A stretch of 42,079 bases of DNA from Candidatus Enterousia sp. (GTDB lineage Bacteria > Pseudomonadota > Alphaproteobacteria > Rs-D84), in the NCBI GenBank assembly GCA_045635705.1, contig JAZTWE010000021.1, positions 1 to 42,079 on the forward strand, read 5' to 3'. The notes under the pieces are model-generated. The model made no database searches and was not told the DNA's origin. It saw only the letters and a program-made list of their open reading frames with translations. Made by a program: the position numbers and the translations under genes. Below, piece after piece: positions 11,862-21,068 of this stretch; position 1 is the first letter of the stretch, and each line of letters opens with the position of its first letter.

Positions 11862-12728
11862 ATGAATTATATTGAAATATTCTTAGAAGCCCTTTCTGCC
11901 GAACGCGGTCGCAGTGAAAAAACACTGGCCGGTTATGAATCAGACCTGCGCCTGGCAAACGACGCCATTCCTGGCGGCTTGATGGCGGCTGACACCACTG
12001 CAATCCAGGGCTATCTATCTACCCTGCCGGACAAGCCTTCATCCATCGCACGCAAGGCATCAGCCCTGCGCGGCTTTTATAAATTTTTAATGCTGGAAAA
12101 AATTATCAGCCACAATCCAATGGCCAACATCGAACTGCCAAAGCGCAACAAGGTCTTGCCTAAATTCCTGTCTATGGATGAAATAGAATTATTGATATCA
12201 TCGGCGGGCGACACAAAAAATTCAACCCGCCTGCGCGCAATGATTGAATTGCTGTACGCATCTGGCCTGCGTGTTTCCGAATTATGCGAATTACCAATGA
12301 CCGCCATCCTGGGCGACCGCCTGTTAATTCATGGCAAGGGCGCCAAGGAACGCATTGTCCCCATGCATACTAGCGCACAAGACGCCTTGCAACGCTGGCT
12401 ACGACTTCGTGACAATGACGAATCCAAATATGTATTTCCAACACACAGCAAAACCGGCCACATAACCCGCGACGGTTTTTTCAAGATTCTGAAAAAATGC
12501 GCTGTTTTGTCGGGTATTGACCCCAATCGTGTCAGCCCGCACGTTTTGCGACATTCATTTGCATCACACCTGTTGGCGGGTGGTGCAAACCTGCGTGCGA
12601 TACAAACAATGTTGGGCCACGAAGACATTTCAACAACACAAATTTATACCCATGTGATGCCTGAACAACTGACCGAAACCGTCAAATTGCATCACCCACT
12701 GGCAAAAACAAAGGCAAGCATAAAATGA
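11862..12728 (+). CDS. xerD: Tyrosine recombinase XerD
   Basis: ELLYASGLRVSEL, GKGAKER, SPHVLRHSFASHLL, LGHEDISTTQIYTHV. Confidence 0.9.
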   Translation: MNYIEIFLEALSAERGRSEKTLAGYESDLRLANDAIPGGLMAADTTAIQGYLSTLPDKPSSIARKASALRGFYKFLMLEKIISHNPMANIELPKRNKVLPKFLSMDEIELLISSAGDTKNSTRLRAMIELLYASGLRVSELCELPMTAILGDRLLIHGKGAKERIVPMHTSAQDALQRWLRLRDNDESKYVFPTHSKTGHITRDGFFKILKKCAVLSGIDPNRVSPHVLRHSFASHLLAGGANLRAIQTMLGHEDISTTQIYTHVMPEQLTETVKLHHPLAKTKASIK

Positions 12729-13228
12729 TAAAGAAATGCGATCATCCGGGTTGTACCAAGGCCGGCACCTGTCGCGCACCAAAAAACCGCGAATTAAAAG
12801 ACTATTGGTTCTTTTGCCAAGAGCATGCCGCCGAATACAACAAAAACTGGAACTTTTATGCCGACATGACCCCCGAAGAGATAGAGGCCGATTGGGAGCG
12901 TCAAACATTTGGCGCGGCACTAAAAGACAAAGATACCGCGAATAAGGATGCAACTGATTACGCAAAATTCATTAACGATTTTATAACTGGTCGTGGCGCA
13001 TTTGATAAAACCCCACCACGCAGCAAAATGCCAACACCTGTGGTTGCCGCGTTAAAGGTTTTCGACCTGGGGATTTCTGCTTCGTGGCGCGATGTGGGTG
13101 TGCGCTATCGCGCATTGGCAAAACAATACCACCCCGACACTGCAAAGAACAAGAAAACAGCCGCTGAAAACTTTGCCCGGATTTCCAGCGCATACGACAC
13201 ATTAAAGAAACACTTTGGCAAAAAATAA
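12725..13228 (+). CDS. Alphaproteobacterial DnaJ-domain protein (N-terminal Cys/His motif, C-terminal J domain)
   Basis: CDHPGC...RAPK...WFFCQEHAAEYNKNWNF and the HPD motif (AKQYHPD). Confidence 0.85.
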   Translation: MIKKCDHPGCTKAGTCRAPKNRELKDYWFFCQEHAAEYNKNWNFYADMTPEEIEADWERQTFGAALKDKDTANKDATDYAKFINDFITGRGAFDKTPPRSKMPTPVVAALKVFDLGISASWRDVGVRYRALAKQYHPDTAKNKKTAAENFARISSAYDTLKKHFGKK

Positions 13229-13252
13229 ACCCCGCTTTCGCGGGATTTTTTT
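13227..13252. terminator. Bidirectional intrinsic terminator
   Basis: cccgc-tttc-gcggg flanked by A and T runs between convergent genes. Confidence 0.75.
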
Positions 13253-14249
13253 ACTGTTGTTGCAATTCGTTAATCAAACCTTGCAATCTTTCCATTGTTT
13301 CCGCGTCATTCAACGCAACCCCAATCGTATATGCCGATTCCAGGTCACTGCGTGCCGCATCAACATTACCCAAATTCAGATTCAACGCCGCAGACTTTTC
13401 AAAGTACGACATTGCATTGCTGGACAACGCTTCGCGTTCTTCCAGTGTTGGCACACCCTGAATCTGTTCTGAAATCACGCGAATTGCAGAACTGTAATCG
13501 TTAATCGCTTCGGCATAATTACCGACCGCTGTGTACGCTTCGGCGCGTTCCGCATAAACACTTGGTTTTACCGAACCTTCTGGGCGCGCCAATGAATTTG
13601 TATAGTCGGCAATTGCCCCTTCCCAGTTCTTTAACCACAAATTCAACTGGCCACGCCTTGCATACAAATCGCGTTCCGCCAACACCGCTGTTGGATTAAC
13701 CGCCTGGGCCGCCAATGCATTGTTAATATCTGTCAATGCTGCGTTATAATCTTCCAATCTGGTATTCAACAGGCCACGATCATAATACGCAACGGCATTT
13801 GCAGGGTCTTTGCTTAACGCGGCATTAAAATCATCCAATGCTGCGCGATAATTACCCGACTGCATAAACGCTTCCCCGCGCAAGATATATGTATCAACCG
13901 ATGCAGCACCTGCATCAATCGCCGCGGTCAAATCAGCAATTGCCTCATCAATATTTCCGGCCAGCAATTTTGTCTTGCCACTTTCATAATAGTCGCCTGC
14001 CTGCAACAAAACTTCTTCGGTAATTTCAACCGGGCTGATTGTTGATGGCATATTATGACTGCGTCCCAAGATATAAAAAGTCGCAGCAATAAAGAACAAA
14101 ATAATGAACCAATATACATACACAGACAACGACCATGGATTAAAGCATGGCTTTGTTTCCTTGGCACGAATTGTTGGCTTTGACGCCACAGGCCGCACTT
14201 TTGCTGTCTTTTTTGGACTAACTTTCTTTTTAGAAACAGTTTTTTTCAT
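13251..14249 (-). CDS. Membrane-anchored TPR-repeat protein
   Basis: Basic N terminus, one TM helix, repeated AxAYxxRG...A..D...A TPR motifs. Confidence 0.85.
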   Translation of the reverse strand: MKKTVSKKKVSPKKTAKVRPVASKPTIRAKETKPCFNPWSLSVYVYWFIILFFIAATFYILGRSHNMPSTISPVEITEEVLLQAGDYYESGKTKLLAGNIDEAIADLTAAIDAGAASVDTYILRGEAFMQSGNYRAALDDFNAALSKDPANAVAYYDRGLLNTRLEDYNAALTDINNALAAQAVNPTAVLAERDLYARRGQLNLWLKNWEGAIADYTNSLARPEGSVKPSVYAERAEAYTAVGNYAEAINDYSSAIRVISEQIQGVPTLEEREALSSNAMSYFEKSAALNLNLGNVDAARSDLESAYTIGVALNDAETMERLQGLINELQQQ

Positions 14250-14278
14250 CTAAAACTCCCTTCCTAGTTGTTTGAATT

Positions 14279-14980
14279 TTAGAGAGATTTTAGCATTTCG
14301 TCAATCGTTTTCTTGTCCACACGACATATTTTCCCCACGGGCAATTTTCCCAAACTAATATTCCCAAACGAAATCCTATGCAATTTTCTGACTGGCGCAC
14401 CACTGGCACGCAGCACGATGCGCACCTCGTTCTTTTTTCCTTCGACAACTGTCACGCGCAGTGTTCCATCCGCCTGTTCCACAACATCCATTGGCCGATA
14501 GCGAATACCATCCACCGTCACCCCCGCACGCGCAATATCCAAATTTGTCTTCGCACTGCGATTTATCGTTGCAATGTATGTACGCGCAATCCCCGAATCC
14601 GGCAGTGTTAACTTCCGTGCCAACGCCCCATCATTGGTCAACAACAACAAACCTGTTGTTTTATAATCCAGTCGCCCAACATATTTCAGATTTTTATATT
14701 CCGCCCCCATACAATCATAAATTGTCTTGCGACCATTGGGGTCACGCGCAGTTGTCATAACATTTAGTGGCTTGTGAAACATATAAACAACTGTATCGTC
14801 CTGGGGACAGACACGCACACCATTAACCGTCACAACATCAGAATCTGATACAAAGTGCACCGGACTATCAATCACCACGCCGTTTATAGCAACCGCACCA
14901 CCGGCAATCAGTTCTTCGGCCCCGCGTCGCGACGCCACACCTGAATTTGCAATAAATTTTGCTATACGAATTTCTGTCAT
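14279..14980 (-). CDS. rRNA pseudouridine synthase (RsuA/RluB family)
   Basis: S4 domain (RIAKFIANSGVASRR), catalytic VGRLD, EGKKNEVR. Confidence 0.9.
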   Translation of the reverse strand: MTEIRIAKFIANSGVASRRGAEELIAGGAVAINGVVIDSPVHFVSDSDVVTVNGVRVCPQDDTVVYMFHKPLNVMTTARDPNGRKTIYDCMGAEYKNLKYVGRLDYKTTGLLLLTNDGALARKLTLPDSGIARTYIATINRSAKTNLDIARAGVTVDGIRYRPMDVVEQADGTLRVTVVEGKKNEVRIVLRASGAPVRKLHRISFGNISLGKLPVGKICRVDKKTIDEMLKSL

Positions 14981-15630
14981 TGCATCACCCGCGATATTGC
15001 AACAACTGCGGCAACTTCGGCCCGCAAGACTGTTTGCCCCAGCGATATTCCCGTTGCCCCTGCCCCATCCAAGGCCGCAAATTCAGATTCCGAAAAACCG
15101 CCTTCGGGTCCAACTAAAATTTTATTTGTTTTCACGCCCCCTGGCCGCTGCGCACCATATGCCGCCCGTTCATCTGCGAACACAACATCTGATAAATCCA
15201 GTTCAGAAAACTTTATCGGCGATAAAATTTCCGGCACACTATTTCTGTTTGATTGTTCGGCGGCCTCTATTGCGATTTTACGCATTCTGTCCCAGTTTAT
15301 ATGTGCGGCCACTGTGCGTTCTGTGACAACAGGCTGCAATTTCGCAACACCCATTTGGGTTGCCATATTTATCAAATCATCTGTGCGTTTAATCGGTGCA
15401 AACATCAATATTATATCATTTGATGGGTCCGTGTGCGCGGTCTGTTCCCCAACGACCAATGCCCGCCCATCATCAGACAATTGTGCACTAAATTCACACC
15501 CGCCACCAAAGCACAAACAATCACTGCGCCGCATCACACGTGCCAAATAATGCGCCACATCCTTGCCCACAGGGATAGTCATCCCCGCGCTAACATCATC
15601 ACCGACAAAGATTCTTGGAATATTTTTCAT
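14977..15630 (-). CDS. rsmE: 16S rRNA m3U1498 methyltransferase RsmE
   Basis: HYLARVMR, EAAEQS, VGPEGGF, SLGQTVLRAEVA. Confidence 0.93.
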   Translation of the reverse strand: MKNIPRIFVGDDVSAGMTIPVGKDVAHYLARVMRRSDCLCFGGGCEFSAQLSDDGRALVVGEQTAHTDPSNDIILMFAPIKRTDDLINMATQMGVAKLQPVVTERTVAAHINWDRMRKIAIEAAEQSNRNSVPEILSPIKFSELDLSDVVFADERAAYGAQRPGGVKTNKILVGPEGGFSESEFAALDGAGATGISLGQTVLRAEVAAVVAISRVMQ

Positions 15631-15685
15631 AAAAACATAATTCCTGATTTATAAAAGTTAATTTTTCTGATATAATATTAGCACA

Positions 15686-17899
15686 ATGGCTTCAAAGTTC
15701 AACTTTTTATCGATTTCCGGCAAAGGCAAAGGGTTGAAAATATTCAACTCGTCCAGCTACAAGGAACATGAACAAACCCCGATGGCCCGTATATTTTGGT
15801 CAATTCGTTGGGCAATTGGCATGTGGCTGGTTGCAGCGTTAATGTTTGCGGCATCATTTATCATTGAACACATTTGGCGATATGGTTGGTCCCCGGCCAG
15901 TCAACACTGGATGAACATATACCTGCAAAATATGTTGGCCACGGGCGGTCTATCTGTTATTGCAGAAATTCCCGCATGGATTGGTCGCTGTATTGCACGC
16001 CCCGACATTCCGTGCATAACCCCACTGTTTCCAATCATTGGTTATTATTTTCTGGCCGACGCCACATTAACCGACGAATTTAACCCACACGGCAAGGATA
16101 AATTTGCTGAAAAATCATCCAACAAGGCCAGCAAAGAAGACATTGAAAAAATGGGTCTGTTCGGCGGTTTTATGATGGTACTGGGATACTTCAAGAAAAA
16201 ACCATTGATGATGAAGGAATGCCTGTCCACCCTGTGCGTTGCCCCCCCAGGAACCGGTAAAACCGAAGGTGTCGTTATCCCAACAATTTTGGAATGCAAC
16301 GATGTTTCCATGATTATCAACGACCCAAAGCCAGAATTGGATTTGAAAACATCTGGCTATCGTGCAACCGTTGGGCCAGTATTCATTATGAACTGGGCAG
16401 GCCAGGACGATCCAGAACGCGGTATATACTACCCATCGTGGAATCCGCTATCCCCGGAACACGTCCCATTCGACCAGGAACAACGCGACCTGTACATTGA
16501 TGCATTGTGCAACACCTTGATTCCCGACAAAGAAGGATCATCTGCTGACCCACACTGGACAATTTCTGGCCGCGCCGGTCTGTCTGGCCTGGTACAATAC
16601 ATGGTGTCCAAGGTTGAACGCGCCAAGGCAAACGACTATTTCTATGCCCGCATATCAAACGGCACCTTTAATGCCGAAGATGCGGCTGTTTTATCTGATT
16701 ACTACCTATCAATGATAAGTGATCCGAACGCCTATGCGGCGCACGCCCTATTACAGCGCGGCGAATTAAACGCGATGAATTATGTTCATGTCGGCACATG
16801 GGCAAACATACCCGATGCATGGCGTGGCAAAGAAGCATCCTTGTCCATGATTCTTGACTGGTTAAACGCCAGCCAAATTGCCATCGCCCAGGACATCGAA
16901 GAACGCCGTCGCCAGGGTGATCAAATGGTTATGATGGCCGACCCAATGAAAGACCTGTTTCAAAAGGCTGTGGACGAAGCACGCCAGTATTCATACGCCC
17001 ACCGCGCGATACTTGAATTAACACAATTGGCAAACACACCCGACAAAGAACGTGGCTCTATCCTGTCAACAATCATGGCGGGGCTGGGCATTTTCCGCAA
17101 CGCCGCTGTTCGCAACCGCACCAGCCATTCTGACTTTCACTTTTCTGATCTGCGCGGTCTGCGCGACCCACGCGATGGCAAGATTAAACCCGTCACCGTC
17201 TATCTGTCCATCAACATGGTTGATGCCCAGGCATTAAATCCAATCACCGCAATATTTATTGAACTGATGACAAACTATCTGTTGGCAAATGCGCCCGAAC
17301 AATATCGCGACGGCAAACGCCTGGGACCATACCCTGTATTATTCGTGTTGGACGAAATGCCAAAAATGCAACGCCTGCAAGCGGTTATCCAGGGTCCCGA
17401 CCTGGGCCGTGGGCAAAAGATTTCATATCTGATTATTGGTCAGGACCTGCACCAAATTCAGGAAAAATACGGTGCCGATGCTGCCGCCACAATTATATCC
17501 ACCACTGCGGCCAAAATTGTTATGCGCCAAAACGACCCCGACACCGCGCAACGCTTTTCCACCATGATGGGCTATAAAATGAAAATGAAAACCGTCAAGG
17601 GGCCCGACGGCAAAGAAAAAGAAGAACCAGGTGAAGAATTATTATTCACCCCAATGGACATCATGAAAATGGCGGACGATAAACAACTGGTCATATTCCA
17701 GGGTTGGTATCATCGCCCGATTGAGGCTGACAAACAAATGGCATTCAAGGATCCAAAACTATCAAAACTGCGTGAAATGCCCAAGGCATCACCACTGCCC
17801 GAATTCTTGATTCCATCACACCATAAAATTATGGGATACAGTGGCGTGCCGAAAATATACGACAACGCCACCAAAGAAACAAAAGTTATAAATTTATAA
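15686..17899 (+). CDS. Type IV secretion coupling protein (VirD4/TraG family ATPase)
   Basis: N-terminal TM segments, Walker A APPGTGKT-x-GVVIPTIL, SMIINDPKPEL, WNPL, Walker B VLFVLDEMP, IIGQDLHQIQEKYG. Confidence 0.9.
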   Translation: MASKFNFLSISGKGKGLKIFNSSSYKEHEQTPMARIFWSIRWAIGMWLVAALMFAASFIIEHIWRYGWSPASQHWMNIYLQNMLATGGLSVIAEIPAWIGRCIARPDIPCITPLFPIIGYYFLADATLTDEFNPHGKDKFAEKSSNKASKEDIEKMGLFGGFMMVLGYFKKKPLMMKECLSTLCVAPPGTGKTEGVVIPTILECNDVSMIINDPKPELDLKTSGYRATVGPVFIMNWAGQDDPERGIYYPSWNPLSPEHVPFDQEQRDLYIDALCNTLIPDKEGSSADPHWTISGRAGLSGLVQYMVSKVERAKANDYFYARISNGTFNAEDAAVLSDYYLSMISDPNAYAAHALLQRGELNAMNYVHVGTWANIPDAWRGKEASLSMILDWLNASQIAIAQDIEERRRQGDQMVMMADPMKDLFQKAVDEARQYSYAHRAILELTQLANTPDKERGSILSTIMAGLGIFRNAAVRNRTSHSDFHFSDLRGLRDPRDGKIKPVTVYLSINMVDAQALNPITAIFIELMTNYLLANAPEQYRDGKRLGPYPVLFVLDEMPKMQRLQAVIQGPDLGRGQKISYLIIGQDLHQIQEKYGADAAATIISTTAAKIVMRQNDPDTAQRFSTMMGYKMKMKTVKGPDGKEKEEPGEELLFTPMDIMKMADDKQLVIFQGWYHRPIEADKQMAFKDPKLSKLREMPKASPLPEFLIPSHHKIMGYSGVPKIYDNATKETKVINL

Positions 17900-18793
17900 T
17901 CTGTTCAAAAACGCGATACAATCCATACCCGCGCTGCACCCTGTGCCAACCGCGGTTGCGATTTGCATCTTTAATTCAGAATGCACATCACCCGCAACGA
18001 ACATACCCGCCGGCAACGCAAATGGTGCCAAACGCCCAATCGCATCGCGTTTAATATCTTCGGACAGATAATCAGTATTCGCCTCGTGCCCAATGGCGAC
18101 AAACACACCATCAACAACCAATTCATCACCAGTATTTGTTGTCACAACCAATTCACCATCATCTGAATCTGGCTTTGGTGCAATTTTTGCCAAATCAGTA
18201 TTGAACAAGCATTCAATATTATCACGCGCCGCTACGCGATCGCGCAAGACCGCTTCGGCCCGGAAAAATTCGGACTTGCGATAAACAATTTTTACCGTCT
18301 TGGCCAAATCTGCCAGATACAGCGCATCATTTAACGCGGAATTCCCACCACCTAAAACAATAACTGTCTTGCCAGTGTAAAAGAACCCATCACATGTTGC
18401 ACAATACGAAACGCCCCGCCCCATCAATTCACGGGCGCCATCAATTTCCAGTTTGCGTGGTGATGCACCGGTCGCAACAATAACAGACCGACCATTATAT
18501 TCTGTGCCATTATCACCAACGACAACAAAACCATTTTCCGCGTCACCCGACACAGATTTTGCCGAAACAAATTCAACAACCGCACCAAACGATTCCGCCT
18601 GTTTTTTCATAAACTCGGCCAACTCCATACCACTGCCGGCCCAACCCGGGTAATTTTCCAATGTTGCAATACCTGCCATTTGACCACCCAAACGATCACC
18701 ACCCAGCACCAGTGTCTTTTTATTTGCGCGTGCTGTGTACAGTGCCGCTGTCAACCCCGCAGGCCCCGAACCTAAAATAATAACATCATACAT
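17894..18793 (-). CDS. trxB: Thioredoxin-disulfide reductase
   Basis: GSGPAGLTAALY, GVSYCATCDG, GGGNSA, GVFVAIG, FVAGDV. Confidence 0.9.
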   Translation of the reverse strand: MYDVIILGSGPAGLTAALYTARANKKTLVLGGDRLGGQMAGIATLENYPGWAGSGMELAEFMKKQAESFGAVVEFVSAKSVSGDAENGFVVVGDNGTEYNGRSVIVATGASPRKLEIDGARELMGRGVSYCATCDGFFYTGKTVIVLGGGNSALNDALYLADLAKTVKIVYRKSEFFRAEAVLRDRVAARDNIECLFNTDLAKIAPKPDSDDGELVVTTNTGDELVVDGVFVAIGHEANTDYLSEDIKRDAIGRLAPFALPAGMFVAGDVHSELKMQIATAVGTGCSAGMDCIAFLNRL

Positions 18794-18867
18794 TACGATA
18801 CCTTTCCTTTTGCATTCGCGGCAATCTTAGCACATCGCAACCACGCACGCAAACAAAATAAAACGCA

Positions 18868-18896
18868 TTGCATTTATGTTAAAAAAGTTCTATAAT
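18868..18896 (+). promoter_or_regulatory. Sigma70 promoter of the serS leader
   Basis: TTGCAT-17 nt-TATAAT. Confidence 0.75.
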
Positions 18897-18906
18897 TTTT
18901 CCTGAT

Positions 18907-18960
18907 ATGAAATTGATTTCTGTATTTTTTAGTCGTTCTTCATCCCCGTTGGGGGAATAA
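18907..18960 (+). CDS. Putative Ser-rich leader peptide of serS (MKLISVFFSRSSSPLGE)
   Basis: ATG AAA TTG ATT TCT GTA TTT TTT AGT CGT TCT TCA TCC CCG TTG GGG GAA TAA; 5 Ser codons; starts 10 nt after TATAAT and ends 86 nt before serS. Confidence 0.6.
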   Translation: MKLISVFFSRSSSPLGE

Positions 18961-19046
18961 TTTATCACACACTTTTTTCATTTATTAATTGCGATTTATA
19001 TCGCGCCATAATAAGATTATAAAAAAATTCAAAAGGAACTATAAAA

Positions 19047-20324
19047 ATGCTAGATATAAAATTTATTCGTGAAAATCCAGATGCTATAAAACGCGCCTGT
19101 GAATTAAAGGGCTTTACAGATTACACCGACCAAATACTGGCACTGGACGCACGCGTACGCGAATTAAAAACAATCACACAATCAAAAACCGCCGAAAAGA
19201 ACAAGATTACACGCGAAATTCCAACCGCCACTGACCGTGCACCATTGATTGCGCGCAGCAAGGAAATCGCCAACGAAATCGCCAACGACATGGCAGAACT
19301 GGCCGATAAAGAAGCAGTCTTGGACGATTTACTTCATCGCGTTCCACAAATTCCATCGCCCGACGCACCAATCGGTCGCGACGACAGTGAAAACATCGAA
19401 CTGCGTCGTGTCGGCACACCGCGCGAATTTGATTTCACACCACGCGCCCAGTGGGATTTGTTGGAAATGAACGGCTGGTGGAAACCTGAAAAAATCGCAT
19501 CAATTTGCGGCACCCGTACATACGCCCTGTTTGGCGAAGCGGCCGAACTGGAACTGGCGATTCAAACATATGTATTACAGAAACTGATGGCCAAAGGTTT
19601 TACATTTGTAAACTGTCCATCAATTACAAAACCACAAACAATCTTTAACGCTGGACACTTTATGGGCAGCGACCAATCAGTTATGGCAAATGATGTATTT
19701 ATGCTGACCGATACTGATCGTTGCCTGGCTGGGACCGCGGAAATCATTTTGAATTCCCTGCACAGCGACGAAGTATTAAACGAAAAAGACCTGCCTATTA
19801 AATACGCTGGCTATTCCCCATGTTTCCGCAAAGAAGCCGGTGCCGCCGGTCGTGACACCCGCGGAATCGTGCGTATACATCAATTTAACAAGGTCGAACA
19901 ATACATCTATTGCACACCTGAACAATCAGACGAAATGCACGAACATTTATTGAACAATCTGTGCGAAGTAATGGCGGATTTGGAATTGCCATATCGCGTC
20001 ATCACGGCATGCACTGGCGACATGGGATTCAACAAGGTAAAAATGAACGATGTCGAAGCCTGGTTCCCCAGCGAAAACGCATATCGCGAATTGGGTTCTT
20101 GTTCATCGATTGGCCAGTTTCAGGCACGTCGCACAAACACCCGCTATCGCGACAAAAACGGCAACATGCAATTCTGTGCAACATTAAACAACACTGGGAT
20201 TGCCCTGCCCCGTGCGATTGTGCCAGTAATTGAAAATCACCAAAACGCCGATGGTTCAGTAAATATTCCAAAATGCCTGCAACCATTAATGGGCGGCCGC
20301 ACCAAAATCGGCGGCAAACACTAA
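19047..20324 (+). CDS. serS: Serine--tRNA ligase
   Basis: MLDIKFIREN, LAGTAEI, CFRKEAGAAGRDTRG, HQFNKVE, YRELGSCS, TLNNTGIA, ENHQNADGSV. Confidence 0.96.
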   Translation: MLDIKFIRENPDAIKRACELKGFTDYTDQILALDARVRELKTITQSKTAEKNKITREIPTATDRAPLIARSKEIANEIANDMAELADKEAVLDDLLHRVPQIPSPDAPIGRDDSENIELRRVGTPREFDFTPRAQWDLLEMNGWWKPEKIASICGTRTYALFGEAAELELAIQTYVLQKLMAKGFTFVNCPSITKPQTIFNAGHFMGSDQSVMANDVFMLTDTDRCLAGTAEIILNSLHSDEVLNEKDLPIKYAGYSPCFRKEAGAAGRDTRGIVRIHQFNKVEQYIYCTPEQSDEMHEHLLNNLCEVMADLELPYRVITACTGDMGFNKVKMNDVEAWFPSENAYRELGSCSSIGQFQARRTNTRYRDKNGNMQFCATLNNTGIALPRAIVPVIENHQNADGSVNIPKCLQPLMGGRTKIGGKH

Positions 20325-20325
20325 T

Positions 20326-20356
20326 AAAAAAATCCCGCAGGTGCGGGATTTTTTTT
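20326..20356. terminator. Bidirectional intrinsic terminator
   Basis: aaaaaaatcccgca-gg-tgcgggattttttt between convergent genes. Confidence 0.85.
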
Positions 20357-20939
20357 ATCGTTGTAAATTGTTCATTAATTGTTTCAACGGGCGCACCAAC
20401 GGATTTGCCTCTTGAATATCGACCAAGGCCTGGGTCTGCTTTGCAATCTTTGTAATTGCATCTGAATACTTATTGGACTGCTTGCGCATATAATCACGCA
20501 TTGATGTACGATCGTATTCCCAGTTCTGAATATGTCCCGCCAGTTTATATAAATCACTATACATTTCTGGCGAATACGTTGCATTTCTGACCCCTTCAAT
20601 AAACACTTCGCGCGGACCATGGACAATATAGAATGCATCTGCAACATTCTTCATACCCTTGGCAGTCATACATTCAACTGCACGATTATTCCATTCGTTT
20701 TGGGTTGCCGTGCGTGAAAAGTGTTTGGCTGGATCTTTCATCACATCTTCCAGATAACGCAATACAACAACTGCATCACGACGATCATTCTTGGACAATG
20801 TATTCCAACGCTTTTTCAAATCTGAACGAATCAAGTAATAATAATTAAACAGTGCGATTTTAATTTGTGCATAAATAAAATCCACCCCATCAACATGATC
20901 ATTTAACACCGGACGACGATTTAATAAAGTTTTCTTCAT
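20355..20939 (-). CDS. Hypothetical 194-aa helical protein
   Basis: Start MKKTLLNRR with AGAGG upstream and a TTGACA...TATATT promoter-like sequence; no family recognised. Confidence 0.7.
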   Translation of the reverse strand: MKKTLLNRRPVLNDHVDGVDFIYAQIKIALFNYYYLIRSDLKKRWNTLSKNDRRDAVVVLRYLEDVMKDPAKHFSRTATQNEWNNRAVECMTAKGMKNVADAFYIVHGPREVFIEGVRNATYSPEMYSDLYKLAGHIQNWEYDRTSMRDYMRKQSNKYSDAITKIAKQTQALVDIQEANPLVRPLKQLMNNLQR

Positions 20940-21068
20940 ATAACACCTCTTGATCCCAACATGTTTAATATAGACAAACCTGCACAAATGTCAAGATTTT
21001 ATACATAAATTCTTGAAATTCATAATTTTTCATATAAAATTATCAGCCGATATAACAAAGGTTAATAC

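Noticed and set aside
11862-12728. Tyrosine recombinase as a prophage or island integrase
   Set aside because: It has XerD-type motifs and a housekeeping context, with no att or tRNA site and no phage genes.
18112-18160. Short direct repeat (acaaccaattca x2, ELVV) in trxB
   Set aside because: Only about 12 bp within coding sequence; explained by a repeated peptide or chance.
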